Assembly (NCBI GenBank): GCA_044229975.1
Contig: JBGARZ010000002.1
Location: 32,001-96,000 of the forward strand
Source of the DNA: Polyangiales bacterium
Lineage (GTDB): Bacteria; Myxococcota_A; Polyangia; Polyangiales; Ga0077539
DNA length: 64,000 nt
Direction: 5' to 3'
Positions 49,301-57,036 of the stretch are shown in pieces. The notes below the pieces were generated by a model. That model was given only the letters and a program-made list of their open reading frames with translations, searched no databases and had not been told where the DNA came from. The position numbers and the translations under genes are program-made. Numbering within the stretch: position 1 is the first letter of the stretch; every line of letters starts with the position of its first letter.

Positions 49301-52300
49301 GGTCGGGTCGAGCGCCAGGGCCTCCTGGTAGCCGAGCACCGCCAGCAAGGGCTCGCCCGTCTTGCGGTACCGGAGGTCCGCCGCGCGCACCATCAGCGCG
49401 AGGCGATCGGTCGGGTCTTCGACGACGGCGAGGTCGCGCTCGACCACCGCAAGCAGGCCCGCCCACTGGTCGGACACTTCCAGGAGACGCGCGAGCGCCG
49501 CGTGGATGGCGCGGTCGGGGCCGAAGCTCGTGAGCACCTCTTCGTAGAGCGCGATCGCCTCGGGCACCGCGGCGAGCTTCTCTTCGAGCACCGACGCGGC
49601 CTGCACCAGCAGGCGCTTCTGCGACTCACCGTCATCAACCAGCGCCGCCTGCCGCCGCAGGGCCTTCACCAGTTCTTCCCACTGACCGCTGCGTTCGTAG
49701 AGCCGCGCGAGGGAGCGCAGCGCGTCGAGGTCGCCCGAGTCGAGGTCGAGCCGACCCCGCTGCGCGTCGATGGCCCCGGCCAGATCGCCGACCTCGTCCT
49801 CCAGGATCTCCGCCGCCTGCGCGAGCAGGGACGTCTGGAGCGTCGGGTCGGACTCGTGCTTCGCCCGCAGGCGCAGCGCGTCGACGAGACCACGAGGGTT
49901 CTGCAACGCGCGGTAGAGGCGCTCCAGGGCGACGGCCGCCGAGAGCGTCGTGTCGCGATCGCCCTCGGCCTCGGTCAGCAGCCGACGGAACGTTCGCTCT
50001 GCCTTCACCGGGTCGATGAGCCGCTCGTCGTAGATCGCCGCGAGGTCGCGCAGCACGGGCACCCTCACTCCGCTCGCGCGCGGGTCTTCGAGCACCTCCT
50101 CCAGCGTGTCGGCCGCTCGCGCGTCCTGCAACGCCACCGCCGAGAGCCGCAGCAGCTCCTCGCGGAAGGTCGACTGCGTCGGGTCTTCGAGCGTTGCCGT
50201 GGCGATGGCGTCGAGGGCGCCGACGGGGTCGTGCAGCACGATCTCGCGCAGCTCGGCGATGCGCTGGTAGAGCGCGGCGCGAGGAGCACCCGCGGGCGTC
50301 GCCTCCAGCCGGATCTGGAGCATCCGCACCAGGGCTCCAGCGCTCGGATCGCCGTCGCGGTCGTAGAGCGATTCCAGGCCGTTGGCCGCCCGCTGACGAA
50401 GCGCGGGCGCTTCGACGAGACGCTCCAGGCCGCGGCGCGCGCGGGCGTTGGCCGCGTCGGACTCGACCACGCCCTCGTAGTCGACGATCGCATCGTTGAG
50501 GCGCGACAGCCGGATCTCCAACGTCTCGGCGCGGCGGAGCCTGAGCTCCTGCGCTTCGTCGGTCCCTGCCCGCTGCTCCAGCGAGCGGGTGAGCAGCGCG
50601 ACGAGCGCGTCCCAGCGACCGAGCCGCTCGTACAGCCGGTCGAGGGCGCTAGAGACCTCGACGTTGCTCGCGTCGAGCGCGGCGGCGCGCTCCAGTGCGC
50701 TCGTGGCCTCTTCGGGCTGGTCGAGCACGTCTTCCAGCAGCTTCGCCTCTTCGATGAACAGCGCCACGCGCGCGTCGTCGTCGGTGAGCCGCTCGACCCA
50801 GGTGCCGTAGAGCGCGTGCAGGTCGGACCAACGAGCGTGCTGCTTGTAGAGCCGCTCCAGCGCCTCGAAGGCGCCGGGCTCCAGCGCACCGCCCTCGATC
50901 ACCACGCGGTGGAAGGGCTCGGCCGCGGCGGCGTCGCCGTTGCGGTCTTCGTGGAGGGCGGCCGTTCGACGGGCCAGCCAGACGCGCACCGCGGGGGCCG
51001 TGGTCTCGCGCGCGACGAGGGTCGCGAGGAAGGTCGCGAGCTCGGCGGTCCAACCGCCCTCGATGGCGAGGCCGGTGAGGGCGTTGGCGACGGGTTCCGA
51101 CGAGGGCTCCGCGTCGAGCATCGAGCGCAACAGATCGAAGCCCGATCGCGGGTCGTCGAGGCGCTCGGCGTAGACCCGCGCGAGGCGCAGGCCGAGCTCG
51201 CGCCGACGGTCGGCGTCCTCCTCCACGTCGAAGAGAATCTGCAGCACCCACGCCAGCTTGCGGAACTGTCCGATCTCCTCGAACTCGGGCTCCAGCGTCT
51301 GCGCCGCGACCACGCGCCAGGTCTCGTCGCGCAGCAGCGACTCCAGCGCGTCGAGGGCGCCCGGGTGGTGGGGCGAGAGCGAGAGCACCTCGCGGTAGAA
51401 ATCGATCGCGGCCTCGACCTTACCGAGGCGGTCGCGCTGTACGGCGCCGAGGGCGAGGGCGAGGTCGGCGCGTTCGGCGCCCTCGACGAGGCCGTGGCGG
51501 GCGAGCAGCGTGGACTCGAGCTCCGTCCAACGCCCAGCGGCCTCGGAGAGGCGCGACAAGGCCGCGAGGGAGGTTGCATCGGTGGGGTCGGAGGCGATGA
51601 GCACGCGGAAGCGTTCGCTCGCCGCGTCGGGCTGCTGGAGCACGGCCTCTTCGAGCTCGGCGACCTCGGCGATGAGGGCGCGCCGCTCGTCACCCGCCGC
51701 GCGGGCGATGCGGTGGTCGAAGAGCTTCCGCAGGTCGTCCCAGCGCTGGGCCCGGCGCAGCAGCGCGTCGAGCGACTGGATCACCGCTGCGTCGTCGGGC
51801 GACTGACCGAGGGCCCGCTCGATGCGGGTGACCGCTGCGTCGACCTCACCCAAACGATCGGCTTCGATCGCGGCGCTCTTGTCCCGCAGGCGGGCGATCT
51901 CGACCGCGTCGGTCGAGGCGGCGGAGCGCGCGTCGAAGGTGTCGACGAGCTCGCGCCACCCACCAGCCTCCGCGGCGCTGGCCTCGACCTGCGTCTCCAG
52001 CGACTCGTCGGTCGGGTCGAGGCGGTACGCGCGCAGGGCCCACTGAAACGCCGCCGTGCGGTCGCCGAGGCGGCCCGCCGAGATCTCCCGCAGCTTGTGC
52101 AGGTACCCCAGGGCGCCCGTACGGTCGTCCGCGGGGAGCGCGTTGAGCAGCACCTCGTAGAGCTGCGCGAGCCGCGACCAGCGCTCGTCCTCCAGGTAGA
52201 TGGGCACCAGGGCCGTCGCGGCAGCGACGTTGGTCGGGTCGACCGTGAGCACCCGCTCGTAGCTCCGAAACGCCCTCGCCGGCTGCTTGAGCCGCTCTTC

Positions 52301-54814
52301 GTAGACCCGCGCCGTGCGGAACGACAGAGCGACCTTGTCCTCGGGCGCCGTCGCCCGATCGGCGCTGCTGCCGAGCACCTCGGCGAGCCCTTCGAGGTCG
52401 CCCGCCTCGTCGTAGAGGGCTTCGAGCCGATCCCACTGCCCCGCCTGCGTGTAGACGTCACGCAGGACGCGCAGCGCCTTCGGATGCCGCGCCTGCGTCT
52501 GGAGCACGCGTCGCCACGCGTCGATGGACCGCTCGGCGTCGCCGATGCGCTCGCCGTACACGGAGCCGAGCTTCATCAACAGGGCGACCTTCGGCTCGGC
52601 GTCGTCGGTCTCGCGGACGCGCTGCTCCAGCACCTCGGCGAGGCCCGCGAAGTCGCGCTCGCGCTCCGTGAGACGCTCCAACGCGTCGAGCGCGCCCGGG
52701 GTCTTCGCGTCGAGCGCCAGCGCCTCGCGCCACAGCCCGATGGCCTCGGTGTTGGCCCCGAGCTTCTCGGCGGCGAGCTTCGCCAGCTCCACCAGCGCGT
52801 CGCGCTTCGCGTCACCCTCCAGGCGCTCGGCCTCGCGGCGCGACACGTCGAAGAGCGGGCGCCACGCGCGACGGCGGGTGTAGAGGTCCTTGAGCTGGGC
52901 GAGGGCGTCGGCGTCGGTGGGGTCGAGCGCGACGATCTGCTCCAGCGGACGGGTGGCGTTGTTGACGTTGTTGAAGCGCTCGACCCAGAGCTTCGCCACG
53001 CGGCGCAGCAGGGCCACCTTGGTCGCAGGGTCGTCGGCGTACTCGACCTGCTGGTCGAGCATCTTGATGACGTCGGTCCAACGGTTGAGGCGCTCGTAGC
53101 TCTCGGTGAGCGCGACCAGCGACGGGCGGTCGCCCGGCTCCAAGAGCAGCAGCGCGTTGTACGTCTGCACCACCATCGGCTCCAGCCCGAGGCGGTCGCG
53201 GTAGATGGTCACCATCTCCCGCAGGATCTCGGCCTTGCGCTCCTTGTTGGTGCTGAGGTCCGTGCCGGGGCGCACGCCGCCGAGGGCCTCCAGCTCCTGG
53301 CGGAGGAGCTCGACGAGGTTGTTCCAGCGACCCGCCGTCACGTAGAGGCGGGCGAGCGACTGGCGCGCGTCGACGTACTGCGCGTCGAGGCGCAGCGCCA
53401 TCTTCCAACCCTCGATGGCCTTGTCGACCTGGCCCGCATTCTCGGCCGCGCGAGCGCCTTCGACGGCCTGGACGAGGCGCGGGTTGGCGCCCGTCGGCGG
53501 TGCCGACGTCGTGAGCGGAAGGCGCACCTCGCCCGCCGCTTCGGGGCTCGCGGGCGGCGGCGCGGTGATGCGCGTGTCGGTGGGCGCAGACTCCTCCGCG
53601 GAGGGAGCGTCGATGGCCTCGTCAGCGGTGGCGCTGATCACCACCTGCTCCTGCTCGCCGCTCGGCGCGGGCACCGAAACGGGGGCGGGCTCGGGGTTGG
53701 TGTCGCGCTCCGGCGTCGACGCTTCGGCCGTCGGGACGGCGTCGACGACCGCGGCGGGCGCCTCGTCGACAGGCGCCGCGGACGGGTGCGCCGCGTAGAA
53801 CGCATGCACCGACGGGTGATCGGCGTCCACGTCGCGCAGTCGACGGAAGAAGGGCTCGGCGCGGGCAGCGTCGTTGCGCACGCGCCAGTGGGTCATGCCC
53901 GCCTGCACGAGCAGACCGACGTCGGCGCCGTCCTCTGCGCGTGCCCCGATCTGGGCCTCGTAGAAGTCCGCGAGGTCGTCCCAGCGCTCGCGCTCGGTGA
54001 GGATCGCCACCACGAAACGGCGCGCCGACGCGTTGCCGGGGTCGAGCTCGAGGATGTGCCGGTAGATGCGCTCGGCCGCGCCGATGTCGCTGCGCCGCGC
54101 GGCGTGCGTGCGGGCCGCGCGAAACAGCAGGTCGACCTTGGCCGACGCGGGCTGCACCGCCGCAGCGGAGCGTTCGAGGTGGGCGGCGAGGTCGTCCCAA
54201 CGGCCGCCGCGACGACGCAACACGCGCTCGAAGAGCTGCACCGCGCGGAGGTTGCCGGGGTCGATGGAGAGGGCCGACTCGAAGATGGCGTCGGCCTCCT
54301 TCTCGCGCCCCTTGGGCTTGTACTGGAGCACCACGGCCGCGGCGCTCACGAGGTGCGACGCGATGACGCCGGGCTCAGTGGAGCCTTCCTCGGCGTTCTT
54401 CTTGAACGCGCCCGTGATGTCCTTCCAGCGGGCCTTCTTGGTGTTGAGCCGGTCGCGCATCTCCGTCGCTTCGGCGTCGTCGCCGCTCGACAGCACGGAC
54501 TCCAGCGTCGCGAGCGCCGTCTTGTCGTCGAGCAGCTCCTCCTCCAGGTAGCGCGCCCGCTCGCGCAAGAGCGCAGCGCGCGCCGTCGCGTCGGCGGCCA
54601 CGGCCGCTTCGACGGAGAGCATCGACGCCACGGCTTCGGCCTCGCCGCGGTCGTGCAGCTTGCGACGGGTCTCGGCCAGCAGCGCGCGGCCCTCGTCGCC
54701 CGCGCGGGTCAGCTCGTCGCCCGACGCGAGCTCCTCCAACGTCGCCCACGCGTTTGCGTTCTCGGGATCATCCAGGAGCGAGCCGAGAAGCCTGCGAACA
54801 TTGTCTACGCTCAT
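43355..54814 (-). CDS. Giant TPR-repeat protein (~3819 aa), AgmK/GltI-like
   Basis: Continuous TPR-like repeats (ALxALERLY..xxRWxDL); start re-called at MSVDN after GGAGA; orthology not established. Confidence 0.85.
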   Translation of the reverse strand: MSVDNVRRLLGSLLDDPENANAWATLEELASGDELTRAGDEGRALLAETRRKLHDRGEAEAVASMLSVEAAVAADATARAALLRERARYLEEELLDDKTALATLESVLSSGDDAEATEMRDRLNTKKARWKDITGAFKKNAEEGSTEPGVIASHLVSAAAVVLQYKPKGREKEADAIFESALSIDPGNLRAVQLFERVLRRRGGRWDDLAAHLERSAAAVQPASAKVDLLFRAARTHAARRSDIGAAERIYRHILELDPGNASARRFVVAILTERERWDDLADFYEAQIGARAEDGADVGLLVQAGMTHWRVRNDAARAEPFFRRLRDVDADHPSVHAFYAAHPSAAPVDEAPAAVVDAVPTAEASTPERDTNPEPAPVSVPAPSGEQEQVVISATADEAIDAPSAEESAPTDTRITAPPPASPEAAGEVRLPLTTSAPPTGANPRLVQAVEGARAAENAGQVDKAIEGWKMALRLDAQYVDARQSLARLYVTAGRWNNLVELLRQELEALGGVRPGTDLSTNKERKAEILREMVTIYRDRLGLEPMVVQTYNALLLLEPGDRPSLVALTESYERLNRWTDVIKMLDQQVEYADDPATKVALLRRVAKLWVERFNNVNNATRPLEQIVALDPTDADALAQLKDLYTRRRAWRPLFDVSRREAERLEGDAKRDALVELAKLAAEKLGANTEAIGLWREALALDAKTPGALDALERLTERERDFAGLAEVLEQRVRETDDAEPKVALLMKLGSVYGERIGDAERSIDAWRRVLQTQARHPKALRVLRDVYTQAGQWDRLEALYDEAGDLEGLAEVLGSSADRATAPEDKVALSFRTARVYEERLKQPARAFRSYERVLTVDPTNVAAATALVPIYLEDERWSRLAQLYEVLLNALPADDRTGALGYLHKLREISAGRLGDRTAAFQWALRAYRLDPTDESLETQVEASAAEAGGWRELVDTFDARSAASTDAVEIARLRDKSAAIEADRLGEVDAAVTRIERALGQSPDDAAVIQSLDALLRRAQRWDDLRKLFDHRIARAAGDERRALIAEVAELEEAVLQQPDAASERFRVLIASDPTDATSLAALSRLSEAAGRWTELESTLLARHGLVEGAERADLALALGAVQRDRLGKVEAAIDFYREVLSLSPHHPGALDALESLLRDETWRVVAAQTLEPEFEEIGQFRKLAWVLQILFDVEEDADRRRELGLRLARVYAERLDDPRSGFDLLRSMLDAEPSSEPVANALTGLAIEGGWTAELATFLATLVARETTAPAVRVWLARRTAALHEDRNGDAAAAEPFHRVVIEGGALEPGAFEALERLYKQHARWSDLHALYGTWVERLTDDDARVALFIEEAKLLEDVLDQPEEATSALERAAALDASNVEVSSALDRLYERLGRWDALVALLTRSLEQRAGTDEAQELRLRRAETLEIRLSRLNDAIVDYEGVVESDAANARARRGLERLVEAPALRQRAANGLESLYDRDGDPSAGALVRMLQIRLEATPAGAPRAALYQRIAELREIVLHDPVGALDAIATATLEDPTQSTFREELLRLSAVALQDARAADTLEEVLEDPRASGVRVPVLRDLAAIYDERLIDPVKAERTFRRLLTEAEGDRDTTLSAAVALERLYRALQNPRGLVDALRLRAKHESDPTLQTSLLAQAAEILEDEVGDLAGAIDAQRGRLDLDSGDLDALRSLARLYERSGQWEELVKALRRQAALVDDGESQKRLLVQAASVLEEKLAAVPEAIALYEEVLTSFGPDRAIHAALARLLEVSDQWAGLLAVVERDLAVVEDPTDRLALMVRAADLRYRKTGEPLLAVLGYQEALALDPTTPAARAALTEMLRSDLPEVPIAAARALEPVLRADGDWSKLVDVLDRIAAESDDRDERLQALSKAADVAEMGLSDPGRAFERASRALSLAAEDADAAQRVTHVESLASQSGRHKEMIAVFREVAPKLLDGELQRDVYMHVAGTALSKLDDAATAREHFEKALENQSDFAPALDALESLHESTQAWPELLAVLRRKVELAETDEARRTLLHKVARIQEEKRDDRDGAMEAYEAILGSGFDAESAAALERLYARASRWDDLANLLDSQLTRDGANVADLHHRLGRVAMDHLDDTERAFEHFRAVLDDSTDHEATVSALEELGRRPELAARVATMLEPIYRARQDMPKLIGALESRIAAEDDPPARIELLTRLATLFEDNIGDPGRALDSYARIFREDPTDRATWSTLDRLARATEAHPKLAEVYAATLEGITVDDDSSADLSLVAARLFDERVHDTARARRYYRRTLSFDGSRREAFDALEALLTRENAHAELLDLYRDAAERAADPVERKQFLHRIAAIDEGPLNHPERAIADYRAVLDVDPMDEAAIARLDALLVKTEAWRDLADLLERRIGDAVDTDERSALRFRLGRLRADRLDDAPGAVEAFREILEDRRDHRVAIQSLEQLAEAKPELRIGIVEILEPVYRELDDWARLVGVLEARLAATTDPTDRAQIFKEIGRIRETRARDPKLAFEAFSAAFGGDPGDGEARESVERLAGEHGFWDELVRSYEAALAASDDIVLKTELLRAIAATHDQRRGDPRAAISAYERLFVVDETLIDVLDQLEGLHVLLSDWEGHIDVLERKVTRSHDDEHRRFLLHTIGESQRDMLNNPAASIHAFQRALELDPGDLVSLEALDGLLTQRGDHRGLAEVLQQRLDVETDVDTRTETALRLGRLWERSLDDPHHAIDAYRRALDESAGQTEAIRALERLFAAQSMHPELLENLRTQVAMAEAPADRANLLLRVGALQLKELSDNEAALESYREVLGADPTNADALTAVREISQFADQRVAAVEVLEPLYRSAGRWDDLVQVLEHRLGAVDDMAQRATELRRIAAVHEDGRKDAAAAFDSYLRAFAEDAADPSTLPELERLAASLNRWADLVTALERAVREGSDPSTGRDLSVRAARVAVERMEDDARAALNYRQALELGGDDDSVLEALDQIYSRNAQWIELGDVLERRVLLASPEALDALEVRLAELRMTRFSDARGAVSSLQNVVERNPTHARAIELLEKLIDEPTVRDDAMEVLESTFQRSDDTTRQAWLLGLKVESTTVASEQVRILGDLARLREERMSDLKGALDAVIRAFALDPRDEGLLSEMERLAPAASAWPSLRGVIESAVAPERALLPDETVRLNLRGARWYAESIGDTAAAEARVRDALAADAENVEALTMLEGLQRQPGREADLVATLRRRAEVEFDSDARKAMLREATRLAEGALNNPDLAAEIATAALEVDDSDPTSIDELARLRRGQGRWEDLADLLGRRARLSDDPAEALRLRREVAGLYATQLSDEERAIGAWREVLDFDPSDLAARVALEGLFEHASRWRDLEDALRGRLDVAVSVDERVTTRLRLADIAEQHLHSAQSAVDYLREILDEVPEHGAAGEGLERLYASLSRWSELSELLERRLDHAVSMGDSSTELTTLVRIGELHEQRLNDVDRAIELYERVLDRQPEHSGALAAVARLAEGSGDFEKAASMLRRAVAVAEPGATSAAMALHLATLEADRMNDASGAEQSLRRALELDPSSVDALRRLRALAESRNDHALLADVTERELAVTTAPAAQVTLLRSLATLSRDQLSDPARAIGYLERATALVPDDREVLLPLVDLLTANGREQDAAPIIERIIASFAGRRTKELAQWQHRLGQVQQRLGNKLEALASFDAAFKVDLTSVPILRDLGLLCLEIGDLDRAQKTFRALLLQRLDPGVGLTKADVYAYLGETLSLQNDKPKAIGMLERALESDRQHARATELLAKLRG

Positions 54815-55313
54815 CGCGTGTCGTTCTCCGATGCGCCGTCTGCGAGGGTGTGAAGTGGGAGTCTTCGTCAGGACCGATCGCTGATTCGGGTCCGCGGCGG
54901 TGGGGGACGCGTCCCGTCCCTCCACGCGGGAGCCATCGCTTCAGCCCTGACGTGCGCGGGACGATAGAGCAGCGCTCGCGCGTGTCGCAAGCTGCAATCG
55001 CCGTCGAATTAACGGCAACGCGGGAGCGGCGGCGCGCAGGGCCAAGTCGTCGGCGAGCAGTGCCGTCTTCTTGACGGCGACACCCGTCCGTTGCTAGCGG
55101 ACCTCACTCCAACGGAGCTGTGACGGGTCCGATGGATCGGCGGACGCACCGCCGAGGCAAGTTCACCACGCTCGCCCTGCTGCCCCGCTCGGTCGGGAGC
55201 CGAGGACGGAGTGGTTTCGTGCGCTGGCCCGCGCGCTGCTCTGTCGAGCGGCGTGGGTCCTGCGCGTCTCACGCGTGCGAACGAGCAGCGACCACGGAGG
55301 AGGAGAGAGTCCC

Positions 55314-56318
55314 ATGACGCGAATCGGCGTGTTGTTCGGTGGAATCTCGGCGGAGCGCGAGGTCTCGATGCGCTCGGGCGAAGCGGTGGTGCAGGCGCTG
55401 CGGTCGCGCGGCCACGAGGTGGTGCCCATCGTCGTGGGTCGCGACATCGACCAGGTGCTGCGGGCGTCGAACATCGACGTGGCCTTCCTCGCGCTGCACG
55501 GCCGCTTCGGCGAAGACGGCGCCATCCAGGGGATCCTGGAGTGGCTCGGCATCCCGTACACCGGGTCGAGCGTTCTCTCTTCTGCCCTCAGCCTCGACAA
55601 GCTCAAGGCGAAGGAACTCTTCCGCCTCCACAACATCCCCACGCCCCCGTACTACGACCTCAACGGCCCGGTCTCCGACGCCCAGATCGAGGAGCGTCAC
55701 GGGTCGTTCGGGTTTCCGGTGATGGTGAAGCCGCGCCGCGAGGGATCGTCCATCGGCGTGTCGCGCGCGGGCAACCTCGCCGAGCTGCGCGCCGCCGTCG
55801 ACGAAGCGCTGCGCCACGACGACGGTGTGCTCGTCGAGCGCTACATCCGCGCTCGCGAAGTGCACGTCGCCATCCTCGGCGACCGCGTGCTCGGCGCCAT
55901 CGAGGTGGTGCCCAGGCGGCCCTTCTACGATTACGAAGCCAAGTACTCCAAGGGCCTCTGCGAGTACTACTTCCCCGCGCGACTCGCGCCCACGCGCTAC
56001 CAGGGGGTGCTGCGCCTCGCCGAGCGCGCGCACCACGCACTCGGTTGCACTGGCGCGACCCGCGTGAACCTCCTCGTCACCGAAGGGGAGAACGAGTACG
56101 TCCTCGAAGTGAACACCCTCCCCGGTCTCACCGCGACCTCGCTTCTCCCCAAGATCGCCGCCGGGGCCGGGCTCGATTTCCCGTCGCTCTGCGAGGAGAT
56201 CCTCCGCGGCGCCCGCCTCCACAGCCGCTCCGGCGTGGAGCGTCGCGCGACCCGCGAGGCCGCCCCCGCCTCGCCCTCCCCCGCCTCGCCCTCCCCCCGC
56301 GAGCTCGGCGACGCCTGA
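55314..56318 (+). CDS. ddl: D-alanine--D-alanine ligase
   Basis: GGISAEREVS, LHGRFGEDG, GSSIG, LEVNTLPG; GGAGGAG RBS. Confidence 0.96.
   Translation: MTRIGVLFGGISAEREVSMRSGEAVVQALRSRGHEVVPIVVGRDIDQVLRASNIDVAFLALHGRFGEDGAIQGILEWLGIPYTGSSVLSSALSLDKLKAKELFRLHNIPTPPYYDLNGPVSDAQIEERHGSFGFPVMVKPRREGSSIGVSRAGNLAELRAAVDEALRHDDGVLVERYIRAREVHVAILGDRVLGAIEVVPRRPFYDYEAKYSKGLCEYYFPARLAPTRYQGVLRLAERAHHALGCTGATRVNLLVTEGENEYVLEVNTLPGLTATSLLPKIAAGAGLDFPSLCEEILRGARLHSRSGVERRATREAAPASPSPASPSPRELGDA
56263..56297 (+). repeat. 15-bp tandem repeat in the ddl tail
   Basis: CCCCCGCCTCGCCCT x2.3, encoding PASPS repeats. Confidence 0.8.
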
Positions 56319-56323
56319 CCCCC

Positions 56324-56899
56324 CTACGCCGCGCGGCGCTCGTTCATCACGGGCGCCGCTTCGGCCGTCGTCATCGACCGCGCGAGCGAGCGACGCGCGC
56401 GGTGCAGCCGGGACATCACCGTCCCCATCGGGCACCCGAGGGAGTCGGCGATCTCGCGGTAGGACATCTCCCCCAGATCGGCCATCACCACCACCTCGCG
56501 AAACTCCGTCGGGAGCTGGTCGAGCGCGTCGCGCAGCTTCGGGCCGAGGTCGCTGCGTTGGATGCCGCCGTCGGGCGCCGTGACCGCCTCCTGCGCGTCG
56601 CTCAGCGTCATCATGGCGAGGCCCTCCTCGCCCGCCTCGTCGCGGGCCTTCCGCTCGCGTCGCGCCCGGCGGTAGTTGGTGATGTAGAGGTTGATCTGGA
56701 TGCGGTGCAGCCAGCCGCGGAGGTTGGTGCCCTCGGTGAAGCGCTCCCACGACTGCCACGCGAGGAGCAGCGTGTCCTGCACGAGGTCGTCGGCGGTGTC
56801 GCCCGCTCGGGTGAGCCGCCGCGCCGAGGCGTAGAGCCCGTCGATCAACGGGGCCGTCTCGGTCATGAAGTGAGCCCTGCGTCCGGTGTGGTGGTTCAT
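56324..56899 (-). CDS. ECF sigma factor, SigH/SigR-like
   Basis: DLVQDT, FTEGTNLRGWL, SYREIA...PMGTVMSRLHRAR. Confidence 0.92.
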   Translation of the reverse strand: MNHHTGRRAHFMTETAPLIDGLYASARRLTRAGDTADDLVQDTLLLAWQSWERFTEGTNLRGWLHRIQINLYITNYRRARRERKARDEAGEEGLAMMTLSDAQEAVTAPDGGIQRSDLGPKLRDALDQLPTEFREVVVMADLGEMSYREIADSLGCPMGTVMSRLHRARRSLARSMTTAEAAPVMNERRAA

Positions 56900-57036
56900 G
56901 CGGAGGAGTGTTTCAACTCCCGCGCCAACGCCGGATTGCCTGGATTTTAAGTCATTTTATCGATCAGCCCCGATGACCCGAGGGAGTGCCCGGTTGCCAC
57001 GGCGGCGACGCCCTCCGCAGGTGCTCGGACAAACTG

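Noticed and set aside
45629..54853. 3074-aa plus-strand ORF
   Set aside because: Antisense shadow of the TPR gene; high GC3 suppresses stops; no motifs
55105..55213. Cobalamin or glycine riboswitch in the ddl leader
   Set aside because: Only fragmentary resemblance; core motifs (GGGAA/B12 box, CTCTCAGG) are absent
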